64,000 bases of DNA from Bigelowiella natans CCMP2755 (lineage: Eukaryota; Protista; Cercozoa). A model generated the notes under the pieces. That model made no database searches and had not been told where the DNA came from. It was given only the letters and a program-made list of their open reading frames with translations. How positions within the stretch are numbered: the first letter of the stretch is position 1; each line of letters opens with the position of its first letter. Positions 40,642-53,155 of this stretch are shown piece after piece. The stretch covers positions 93,261 through 157,260 of the forward strand of contig ADNK01002286.1 of NCBI GenBank assembly GCA_000320545.1, in the 5' to 3' direction. Made by a program: the position numbers and the translations under genes.

Positions 40642-41797
40642 ATGATTGCAAATTTTCGAATGTTGCATCATGCTGAGATTTGCCAAACGTTGGAGCATCG
40701 GATCATCCGGCTCCTCGCTCCTCGCTCCTCGCTCCTGCCATCGATGTCAGTGGGAGTCTCCCACCTCCCTCTGTTCCAATTGCATGTTCCAACATCTGTG
40801 CACAGGATGCAACTGCTCTCACCCATGAATTGTGGGTTGTGGGCTGGTTCAGTTCTGATCATGACGTTCAAACCCGCCGGACAGTCGTCTGAACGCAACT
40901 TGCTGCAACTCACCATGAGGGGAACAAAGCACGGGCTGCTGCACCGGTCAAAACACCACAACCCGAGAACCCGCAAAACTCTCCCCCAGCCCACAACTTG
41001 TGAAGCATCACCAACACAAGCACACGCTGCCAAAGATGGGCAGCACCTCCGAGGGAACATCGGCCCTCCACCTCGTTTGTGTTCCAAACACGCGTTGGGC
41101 AAAACTGGGACTTGTGTTCTTTGCGTGCTGCGGATCCCAGCTCCAACACTTGCGCAGGTTCGTCGGAAACACGCACGGTCAGCAATGCTGGAGTGCTCGG
41201 AGAGCAATTCAGCGATGCACGTGCAACAAGTTCACTTTCGATGCGACTTCATTGTGTTTTCAGGTGCGCAAGCAAGTCGGGCACGTGAGCCATTCTAGCA
41301 TTCCAGCATGGCATCAGCAATCCAACGCTGCAACTGTGCACAACGCTGCAAACCAGCCTGGTGGTTCCAGCCAAGCTAGCAAGCCAACAAGCTGGCTGTT
41401 CTGTCTCCATCGATCGTCGCCTCGCAGTGTTTGCAGAAACTGGTCACACTGGTTGAATCGTTCGTCGCAACACGCACCACACGTGAACCATGGCCAAATG
41501 GCAACAGCGAAAAGTGCTGACGTGTTTCGTGGGACACGCAAGTGAGAGGCACCAGCTAGTGCAACACCCAATTGCAGGTGTGCGTGTCTCTTGCATCCAC
41601 AAGTGCTGCTGCCGCAGCAAAACGATGCAATTCGTTTTTGTTCGTGCACGAGTGTGAATGTTCATGCATCCATGTGCACATTGCATTGGGAGAAAGAAAG
41701 AAATGGCGAAAGGTGACTTGCGCACGTGTGCCGCATGGCAGAGGAGCTGGGATCCGCAGCACGAAAGCCGCGTGTTTGGACAAACCTAGGACTTGTG
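40563..41797. other. TpA-free tract (probable hypermutated repeat/TE remnant) with an internal inverted repeat
   Basis: Only four TA dinucleotides in 1235 bp, all within CTAG. A 21-bp inverted repeat at 41124-41144/41743-41763. Overlapping spurious Tyr-less, His/Cys-rich ORFs on both strands. Confidence 0.85.
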
Positions 41798-42265
41798 TAG
41801 CGAAACATGTGTCGCATCTTCCAGATGGCCGATGTTCCTATAGACGCAGACACGCTTGTGAGCGCTCTGCAGCGCATCTTGTGGCATGATGCCAGAACAA
41901 GCGACAAGATGGCATTGATGTCGCAGAACAAGCACGGCGTGCATTTTTCTCATTGAATCACATTTTTGTCATCATCATCAATCATCATCAATCATCATCA
42001 TTTTGTTGAACAAACAAAAAGCATTAAGATCTGGAGCTCCTTCGATTCGATCATCCCGCTCAAACAAGCTTCTGCGTCCAGCCTCAGACCAGACTCAAAC
42101 AGCAATGGCGACGTTCGCGCCTTCGCAGCCAACATGTGCATAGCAAATAAGATCCCCACACACGGCAACGTTTTACTAAAATTGTTCAACACTTCTAGAT
42201 GCCTCGTTGCTGCTTGTTGCTTCCGGCGTAACGTTGTTGATGTCAATAGGATTTTCTGTCTTCGC

Positions 42266-45200
42266 ATGGGTATACCTTGTGAGAAATTGAAACAAAAATT
42301 TATCAAATGTTTCTACATCGTAATTCACTAAATACAGCATGGCATGTGTCCATTGTCAACATCATCCAATATTCTAGGTTTTCCAATTGCTGTTTCCGGT
42401 TCCTTCAAAACCAAATGAAAAATCCTTTTTATTTTCGGGATTCCTAGTTTTCGGATACACTTCTACAATGTTGACAGGGTTTCCTAGAAAAGCAATTTAC
42501 TACGTTGCGAGTGTAGTTTTGGGATATGTCCTATTTGGTCCCTTATGGGCACTATATGAAGAATTCTATGACGCGCCACAATTTGAGCGCTTCGTTAGCA
42601 CCGTAAGTTCAATAAAGCTGCATTCAAAATGAAAAATATAGATGAACTCTTTTAGGTATTCCTTTTAATCTTAGCATCTTTGTACAAACTGGTTGCGTAC
42701 TCTATTTCAAGTTACCCCTCTGTAAGTGATACGGCATTCAAGGTACTCTCATTCAATGAAGAAATCCAGAAGAAAGATGATGGACTTCATTTATATTAGA
42801 ATGATCCAGAATTCCTCAAACGCATCGGTGTCATTGTTCCATGTCATAAGGTTTATATTTTAACTAAATTAAAATAGATGATTTCCTGAAGTCCCATGAT
42901 TTATTTGACCTCAGAGTGAAAAAGAAATCGGAAAGACACTTATGTCCATCTTAAAGCATATTCAAGCAAGAAATATTATCGTTGTAGACAATGCAAACGC
43001 AGAGCTACCGCCTGATAACACAAGATCGGTGAATATACCTTCTAATGGACATTGTATGGAATGGATAGTCACATGTAACTGTTTCAGGTTGTAGCAAAAT
43101 GCCACAAAGACATAGGATATCTATATATCCCAATGGTTCTCTATATTATCCAGATCCGTTTCGTTCTCTGATTCACATACATTAGGGTTTAAAAACTCGC
43201 GCACTTTGGGAAGGTGTCAACCTACTGCCCCTGGAAGTTGACTTTGTCATTCACATTGATGACGACACAATTTTTCCTGAAAACATGGTCAACCAAATTC
43301 CCCCCCCCCCCCCGAGCCCCCCCGAGCCTCCCTCGTAGAATATGTCAACTCAAATTATTTACGTTAAAAAAGGTTTTTGACATCACACATTTTAAAGACG
43401 AGAAGGTCAGTGCGGTTTCCTACGGGATTCGAATGGTATAGCATATTCTATTGAAGGTCCTTCAGAGGCATGAATACTAAGGGGACATTAATGAAAAGGT
43501 TAATGTTCACAACCCCCTTGAGAACGTGAGCCTTGTGGAGCAATTGGTAATGAGAGTAATGAGGGCAACATGTCAATCTAGCCCATGCATTAACTCATTA
43601 ACACATCTAATTGTATTTACACAGGTCGATCGAGAATTCCTTTTATTTTCTCAATTTCGATACTTCCGTGCTATCTATTCAACTGCGTGGTTCTGTCACG
43701 GTAATAAGGAATATCTTTAGACAGTCCTAGTTATTCTTTAATATGGCCTTTGTAGGCATAATTGGATTGTGGCGAAGAGATAGATTTACTTCCTTGCTCA
43801 GCGAACATCCATTTCTACCATTTGGAGAAGACGGATGGTAGACTTGATAATTTTGTTCAGCTTCATTTATTTACAGGATAACTTTGCAGGCTTGGTGCGA
43901 TGAATTTATTGCAGGGACATAAAATGAGACAAGAAATCCGAAGCATATGTCACCACTTTCAAAACTAATAATTATAATTGCAGTATCAGTAAATAAATTA
44001 ACAATGTTAAGGTACAACATTTGCTCCATCAAGATTGTTACCTACTCTCTATTGCTCATCTGGAAGGCAGCAAGGATATGGCGCGAGTAACATATGGAAA
44101 CAACGAGCTCTTAGATGGTGGGACTTCTAAAACAGTATTGTGGACGAGTAAGAACTAGTAAGAACTGTACTTAAATCAGGCTCGTCAATGCCCCCAGGCG
44201 TATCGTTCATCGTATTTTATTGTAAGAGAGCATTATAGATGCTAGTATTTCTGATTTCAAAGTTTCAAATATACCCTCCTTAGGTTCATATTTTACGATT
44301 GTGGAAATGTACTAGGAAACTTCATCTTTCGAGTCGAAACTACATTTCATATTATTCAAACTTCTTCCCAACTTGGGGCTCCTGTAAGTTTAGATGTCTT
44401 CAACAACAATGTCAATTTGCAACCCACTTTATAACGCCCTCACAGATTGTTCTCACATTACTACTTGCAAACGGAGAATTTGCCTTCATCTTTGCGACCT
44501 TTGGAGCGTACATGTTCATACAAATGGCTTTTGGTATCTAGAATTGTCGTAGACCTTATCGACCATATAAGTTGAATCTACCTGTTCACAGCTCTTTTCA
44601 TCAACTATATCTTGTGGAATCATCGTCCGGACATTCAACAGTCTTTGAAGTGTACGTTGCTCTACCCACTTTATACCACCTTTTTGGCAATAGCTGGCAC
44701 CGTTGGTAACATAAAGTGCATAGTCTGGTATTACATGGAGATCTTATGTCAACATTTGTTCAACGGGGCAAGAAAACTTATGAATAAATAAATAGGTATA
44801 TGCCATTTAAGGCTTTTAACATGGGGAAATTCAAAGATCTGCGAGTGGTATATCCAAATGTTTGCCTTTGATCAAAATGTTTTATTGTACTACAAGTATC
44901 TTTGTGTGACTGCATATTGATGGATCCAGGAGTAACAAGTCAATGGAAATATTATACTAAAGGTATATTCAACCTGTCCAAACTTTCTGAATATCCTAGA
45001 AAAAGGAAAGCGAAACGTTGCAAAAGGTAGAATAGTGAACCCAAATCTATATCTTTGTTCTAATGATGTTACTTTTTATTTAAGGCCATTTGACGCTTTT
45101 GCAACAAGCCACAGTTTATGCCTACTCAATCTTATCCATCCTCTCGTTTTTCTTTGCCGCTGGGACAGGTGCGGCGATACCACGGGGGTTCCAGCATAAA

Positions 45201-46381
45201 AACAGTTAATTAAATTGTGTAAATTGTATCATTGGTATAGGTTTACTAGATATCCCCGGGGTTGTCTTGGGTTTCAAAGCTGTTGTTGGCAAGAAAACAT
45301 TTCATCTTCCAAGGTTGGATTGAAATAAGTAAAGTTATCATGAACTGAATATTGATGGAACTAAAACTATGTTTTCTTAATGTTGGTAGACTGTTTCAGT
45401 ATACTTCATACATAATGGCAACGACGCTTATAAGTTTTGGCATAATGGCCGTAGTTTTAACTGGAGCAAATTTTTCTAGCCTAAATGGCTCAGCTCCTGA
45501 GATGTTTTCGCGATTGTTGAACGGATCTGACCAGGTAATGCCAAGTTTATTCATTTGTTCAGGCTAATCGTTATGTTAATGGGCAGGCTATAGAATTTGG
45601 ATTCTGGTTCATATGCATCTCTCCTTTTTTAAGAATGAGCCTTGTTGTTCTAAATGTTCTCGTGTGTTCGGAAATAAGAGGTTGAAACTCAAATTATTCG
45701 TACAAGCAAATAGAAAATGTATTATTTCCCTAAATATCTGTTCTAACTAATATATTTCACTTGATTGATCATAGCCGAGATTGACGCAGTTTCCATTCTT
45801 CAAAGGGTGATTGTAACGCAATTTTCGTATATATCAGTAATTTAAATGAAGCACATTTATTAGGCACATTTTAAGGAAATATGTAAGGATCATAATCAAT
45901 GGCATAACAGAAGCGAAGGAAAGAACTATGTCCAAAACGACAAAAAAATGGCTTTAGTCTTGCCAGCCGATAATACGGTCTAATAAAATTGAAATTCACT
46001 CGATACAATGCACTCACTATAGTATCATTTTAGAATGAGGATGGTGAAGATCTGGAATTTGGAATTCGAGATGAGCTCGCTGGAGATGATATGCACAGCC
46101 CTAGATCCTTGCAAAACAGTACAAGAAAATTGCTACCACTTAGTTCACATCCCCCAAATGAAAAGGACCTGATGGGTGACGAATTTGAGGATACGAAACA
46201 ACCTCCCGTCCAAAAGAAGACAGGTGATTTCATGCCACAAGACACCTCTTCTTCGAATAATCTCAGAATTCAGCGTCCAAAGGACACTCCAAGTAATCCG
46301 TTGACAAAAATGAACCACATGGATCTAAATAAGGAAGAAAGTACGAGTAGAAGCATGCTTGCAACTTATGCTGACTATTAA
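42266..46381 (+). CDS. Family 2 glycosyltransferase, processive type (D,D,D,QxxRW), multi-pass membrane, >20 short introns
   Basis: RIGVIVPCHKSE, IIVVDN, GLKTRAL, VIHIDDDT, HGIIGLWRR, LPFGEDGW, TFAP and WKQRALRW. TM segments lie before and after the catalytic domain, plus an extra C-terminal TM block. Confidence 0.85.
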
Positions 46382-46469
46382 AAATGCACTGTTCTGAAGT
46401 AACTGTGTTTTCCTGCAATGATTAATGCAATAATGCATTCTTTTGTTTCTGCAACCTGGCATTTTGTCA

Positions 46470-47100
46470 TCATGGCTAGCTAGCTAGATGGTTCAATGTG
46501 ACTTCTCCATAAAAATACGTACATGTCTAGGCAATGATCTAGCAGCAGATGTGCCGAATGGTGTTATAATGCCTATTAGACGCACATCTCTATAGACCCA
46601 AACATGTCAAATGAAGTCTAGAGCTGTGTGCGCAACAAGCTTTAGCAGCTAGAAAGCTGGTTGTCTAGGCGTTGTTACGTACTGGACGAGCGTGGCAGTA
46701 ATCATGCGACTCTAGCTAGCTAACTAGGACTGATGCTAGCTAGCTAGCTATCCCAGCTTCGACAAATCACAACACTCGAACATCTAGACACATGCAACAG
46801 CTAGCTAGCTAGCCTGTATCTGAGCTAGCTAGCTAGGCAGTCTAGCAGTGCTAGAAATACAGCTTCAAATGAAAGTTGCGCGGAATTGTGACACCGTCAA
46901 ACTAGACTGTTTCTACATCTAGATATTCCTCGGTGCTACATCACTGTAAAGTATATGGCTAGCTAGCTAGATCTAGACATAGGCTAGATAGGGCATGCTA
47001 GCATAGCATGCATGTGTTGCGTTACTTGCGTGATCAGTGAACTAAATCTAGATCGACAATGCGTCGTACTACTCCGATGGCATGGCTAGATGGAACCATT
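46470..47100. repeat. CTAG/AGCT-rich low-complexity spacer between convergent genes
   Basis: Many gctagctagc, tctaga and gcatgc words. Confidence 0.8.
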
Positions 47101-47230
47101 GTGACTTTGCGTGGCACGTATAGACGTGCGTTCTTATTTAAGAAAGAGTTTCTCGATACTTGTAAAGGTGAAACATTAAACCGCGGCGAATTCTGTAGTT
47201 TCACATGCGCATGCTCGTAACAATACTAGT

Positions 47231-48054
47231 TTATTTACATCTTCTGCGTGCGATTGTAAGACCATCACGGATGGGCAAAAGTGCACTTTCCATCCGCACA
47301 TCTCGTGAAATAGCAACGTTGAAATCGTCCAGTGCCTGCACCAAAATGCATTATGAATGAGCCAGGTGTTTTTTGATCGAGATGAACCAGTATGAAATAC
47401 CTGAGCAATGGCTCTATGTCTTTTTGCAAACTTAGCCTCCTTTTTCAAACGCTTTTCCTCTGCATATAAGGGTAACGGTGTAAAGAAGATGGAAGTGTGA
47501 GATTTTAGCAGAGACCAAAGCATTTGAAGTTGATTAAGTTGCTTTTATAGCTTGCAGATCTTGCTAGCAGGTAGCAGATAGTTGCTGCAAAGTACATGAT
47601 GCTTAATTGTATAATATTTCTTATCGTAGCAGATGCAAAATAGAACAAATGTTGCTCCACCAATTTCTTATAAATCGTCTCCTTTCTTACCTGGAGTGAG
47701 TGGTAAAGGCATGCCATTGTCATCTAGTTTGACCTCACCACCACCATCTTTCTGTTCATTATCCCGCACATTTAAATCCTGTCGTTGTTGTGGCGTGAGG
47801 GCAGCCAACTCTGCCACTTTCCCCCGGAACAATACGTTGTCAACTGATGTTGATAACTAACATTAATGCGTATTTAACGAGAGATGAAGAATCGTATGCT
47901 TTGCATTATTTCATTATTTCTTGTTTCTCTCTTTGAAAGGAACAACAGGGAAGAATAATTGCAACAAAAGCCGCCCACGGACCTACAAGTAGTCCCCCCA
48001 CTTTTATGAGATCGTTGTCCATCAGATATGTATAGTACTTCTTGTACGCCTTGG

Positions 48055-48087
<33 letters not shown>

Positions 48088-49431
48088 AGAAAGAGCAGAG
48101 GAATGAGCACCAATGATGATGATGGTGATATTTTTTATTGTTATTGTTAATAGGATGCGCCAATAATTAGGAATAATGGTCTATAGAAAGACTATATCAC
48201 ACGTTCCAAGATAGAAGGGAAGGGAGAACTATTACCACCACCACCACCACCACTGCTAGTTTCCTAACAGATATACTTCTTTCTCTCTCTCTCTCCCCCC
48301 CCCTCCCCCCCCCCCTCTCTCTCTTCTACACACATATGTAAAATACACATCTGTAAAATATTACGTGTGTAATTTCTTACTACTCTTTTGTCAGATCCAT
48401 GTATAAAATATAGATATATTATTCTTTACTACTCTTTTGTCAGCATCAATGAATACGACGTCAAAGCCGCCTACTTAGTAGGAATAAAACATTGGGAGAA
48501 TCGTCATCATTAGAAACACATAATATCAAATTTACAACGAATCTTAAACGATGCAGCACCACGCAACCACACCACAAGCAGGAGGTAGTAGTAATGCTGA
48601 TGAGGAATTGCACTAATGTGTGAGGTGCCTTGTTTCTGTTCTTCAGGAAGCTTATTGAGAACCTCGAATGCATCTCCGTGTACAAATTTTATCTTTGTAA
48701 GGAAAGAATAAAGGAGGGTAACAAAGCTTTGCACTAGTGCTGCTCTCCTACTACTACCACTACAACTTCATCTTGAGGAGGAAATACGGAGAAATGGCAT
48801 GATGACTGCATGATGAGAACTAATAGATGATGATATCAGTCACAGCATTGTCTATTGGCTTGCTGCCAGATATGGATTCTTCAAATGTAAGTTGTACTAC
48901 AACCCTACTAAAGCATGTATGTGTGCAGCACCTTATGTCCCAAAGGGTGAATCTTAGCATATTTCTGGTGGAATGTTTGGCACCTAAGTGATATAATTAA
49001 AGAATAAGAAGGAGATACAGTAGTAGCATACGATTACATCCAACCCATCCAGTTAGTAGCAGAAGTTGTAGCAGTTGTCAAACATAACTGCTACTGCCAC
49101 TATATTAACTCTTTTTCTAACATTAATAATGAAGCTCAGCACAGGACAACAAGAATCAGAGAAGAAACGCAAGGATGTAGTAGCCTGTTTCCCTGGTGTT
49201 TCGAGTAAAATATGAATATTTCATTACATAGATGCTGCAACTACTATTTATAGAGCTGTAGCACCATTAGAATGACCTTTTATCGTGGTCTATTGATAAG
49301 ATGCTGCTTGTGCCTGTGTTCTTCAGTCCCCTCGCCATGGAGAATGCAGAGTAACCTATCATATCAAAGCACCACCGTTATAATTAATACTACCTACTAC
49401 ATCAATGCTCACCTTTATCGTCGATGTACTA

Positions 49432-49471
<40 letters not shown>

Positions 49472-49837
49472 TTCTCAATGTGTGCATTTGTGTGTCTGTA
49501 TTTGGTATAGCAGTGTACATCTCAAACACAAGGCAGCAGCACCCTTTAATTATATGGTAGTTATTACCAGTAAAACTTCCAATTTCAAGTATTCTTTCAG
49601 CTTCGCTTAATTTGACGATGATCTCCAAAAGACTACCGCCATTATCGACCGACACCAACACCAAACACACTCAACGATATACTCATAATCCAGAAATCAG
49701 TAGCAGCATCAGCCGCAGCCATAGGTTTATGAGATCAGTCGTTTGCCTATTATTCTCAAGAACATGCATACCAACTTACACCACCATAAAGCAGCAGTTT
49801 CACTGCTCAATAATACATGGTCACTGGGTTTCCGCTA

Positions 49838-49915
<78 letters not shown>

Positions 49916-50433
49916 TAGTAGTAATAATAGTAAGATATCATATTGTATAACTAAAGCTAGTGTGTACCTAGCTTCCAGAGGTCCGAGCATCATATGAGCC
50001 TACCAGCAAGCAGCGGCAAAGCACAAAATACAATCAACAACAATTACCATGCATCATGGTTTTAGTGTTGTTACTTAAGTCCTATCATTGTGTGCTTATC
50101 CGGAGCTTTTTCGTGCCGTCATCGTTCATCATCATAGTAGTAGTAGTACCCCTAATGGAAACACAGTCTCTGTTTCATTTCTTAGGTCTTGCAATATCTC
50201 CTCATGAGATTTCTGGCCGGTGACAGCATTGTTGTCAGCACTGCTGCTATCACATCCTCTACTGTGGCGATTTAGATGGGCCTTTTCTGCTGCATAGTCA
50301 TAAAGATCCATTGCCTTTGCCTCACGCTTTTTGATATCTGAGATTATAGCAATGGAAGAAAGAATATTGGATCCTATCATTTGAAGTTGTGACTAAAATA
50401 GATTCCCTTTTTTCTGTACATGAATGGGTATCG

Positions 50434-50469
<36 letters not shown>

Positions 50470-50804
50470 CCTTCTTCTGAAGTTGCCGCGGCTATAACTG
50501 CTTCAGATGAGAGGAGGCGCTTAGGCGCTCTGTTCGTACTGCTATACGACCCCCAAGCCCCCCCCCACCTTCTATTTATCCTCCTTCGCGTGCTGAATAT
50601 CGGACTACCAAACACTCTCATATGTATGTGGGACATTACTCCGCCCCTGCGAATTATTGCAGCTGCTGCAGATGATTGCATCAGTATCGATGATGATGAT
50701 GATGTTGATGATCCTGCCGCCACCGCTGTGGTTCCCCCCACATGGCGAACCAGCGACGAAACGGATAGAAGTGAGAGTAATGCCATGTGAGGCCAAGTCC
50801 GCAT
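47231..50804 (-). CDS. Class I SAM-dependent O-methyltransferase (CCoAOMT/COMT-like, Methyltransf_3) with a long N-terminal presequence
   Basis: LQDLRNET, AHMMLGPLEA, AERILEIGSFTGYSA, IKFVHGDAFEVL, VFIDADK, YKKYY, LIKVGGLLV, VDNVLFRG, ALDDFN and LLPIRDGLTIARR. Confidence 0.88.
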
Positions 50805-51010
50805 CAACTGTTTGGTACGATTATTATCGATGTAATACAGATTAGATTCGAAGTATTGTACACGTTGCAGTCCAAATTACGTTTTAGTCTACCTTGTTAG
50901 TGTGAATCCATTCGTTACAAATCGAGAGCGAGGAGGAGTAATCCATGCATAAATAGTGTATGCTCCTACTACTGCTCGTAGAAGCAGAAGTTAGAGGGGG
51001 TGGGGAAGAG

Positions 51011-51044
<34 letters not shown>

Positions 51045-51552
51045 CATTGATGTTTCTTATTTATAGATGTTTTCAGTATTAAAAATGTTCTGGTTTCAAC
51101 TAAAGTTGCGCACAAGTTTGTCGCAGTATCTCATGATATTGATTTTGTAGGACTTGGACAGTCAATCATGCGGCTATTACTTACCTGGTCTACTAATAAC
51201 TGACAACTGCTACGACCAACTACCACTTGCAATCACATCTGATAATTTCACCTTATTAACACCATCCAGGGTATTTGTTGTTGCAATTGTTGTTATAGTT
51301 GTAAAAATTTGGGTGATTTCGATTAGTATTTTCCCCGATATTCACCGAGTTCTTGTCTCCATCATAACGGGGGCCGTGTTTGTCATAACGCATGGAGCGC
51401 CATGACTAGGAAAGGGTGCGTTGGGGATGGGGAATCATCATAATGGGGTGGTGGGATGAGGCTTTTTAACGCATGAATAAATTGAATATTGATATTTGAA
51501 AAACGTATTGATTGTGATTGCTGGCACATAATTCACTTTGTGGAGCAGGATC

Positions 51553-52082
51553 ATGGGTTCTTCAACGCTACTCGGACGATTTGTCCTTCGCATCCTTCTT
51601 GTGGCAGCTGCTTTGCCACAACTTGCGGTCTCCATTAAGATTCTACCAAGGACAAACTTAACAGGCAGTAATGATAAGGCTGGAAGCCTTGCGCTTTTGG
51701 GTTGGGAGGGGTGTATTGGACAAGAATTTTGGGTGTCATGGGTTCCATTCCCTCAGTATCAGCTCAAGATTTCTTCCAATTGTGGAAATCGCGGTCGAAA
51801 CGGAGGAAGTATGAATGTTTGGTCCTCTATACCTGTAAAGCCCTTTTTGAAAGCTGGTACTAGTACTTCTATCCATAGTACACTAGTAATAGTAGTGAAA
51901 CACCACGACACATACATGGTGAGGATTGATGGTGGGACGAAGTAGTAACCCACAAGATGCAAAAATACAGTGAATGCTTTCCTTTACTATCGACAGGAAT
52001 CGGCCATTTCGCCATCGAAGAGATCGGTATGGGTAGCTTCAAGGCAATCGAAGATAGGAATATCTTGAGGAGTATCAACATG

Positions 52083-52115
<33 letters not shown>

Positions 52116-52532
52116 TTAGCAGAAGCAGCACCAAATTCTTAATATTTATATGTTTGATGATTATAACAGTAATTGTAATACTTGTGTTTGAATAAAAGCA
52201 CAAAAGTTCTCACTACTACTACTCTCATGATATTGAATATATATACATATTCAATCTCATCAGAGAGGGATCCATTTTTTCGCCGCACTGTAGAAGATTT
52301 TCATATCAATGTCGTTGACGCTTTGAAATCACACTACTACTACTACTTCCAATTGATTGTATAGAGTGTGGAAACTATCACACCATTGGCCAGCAGCAGC
52401 AGTAGCAGTAGCAACATCAGTAGCGTGACGATGAGGGGAACATTGATATTTCCACCCCTTACTGCTGCCGCTGCTTTGGGAGAGGATTTAAAAATCGAAG
52501 ATCATGCGGCCATCAGTAGCATTGTCGTAGGG

Positions 52533-52570
<38 letters not shown>

Positions 52571-53026
52571 GAAGAAGAAGGAGGAGGAGGAGGAGGAAGA
52601 GCTTATTGCCGTCGTTCAATGCAGCATTTGCATTTATTACCCCAAAACAAATTAAGAATTTTGGTTTTTAATGCATCATCTGTTTGATTGTTACCATGCG
52701 TATGTTCCTTTACTATCTTCTTATTGGACAACAGGTATACTTTTGATTTAAACACTGATGATGGTGATACTCTTGTTGGCGATCACATCGGTCAAGATGA
52801 AAATACAACTTCATCGTTGCGGGGGAAAACAATGATGAAGAGAAAGCAGCACCTCAAGTTTCATTTCTCTGTGAATGACACCACGCCAACGTAATGTCCA
52901 CTCACATCACCTGAGAGAGAAAGTAGGGAAGGGTATTTCGAGGAGGAGGAGGAGTAAATGCAGTAGGGGAATTGAATAAACCTTCCAACTGCTGGTTTTT
53001 ATCCCCCCCCCCTAAGCCCCCCCCCC

Positions 53027-53079
<53 letters not shown>

Positions 53080-53115
53080 CCTTCTCTATCTATCTGTCTG
53101 TGTGTATGAGAGAGT

Positions 53116-53155
<40 letters not shown>

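Noticed and set aside
40597-41931. Many overlapping 70-230 aa ORFs on both strands
   Set aside because: Artefact of TpA loss, which removes TAA/TAG stops and Tyr codons. No recognisable domain.
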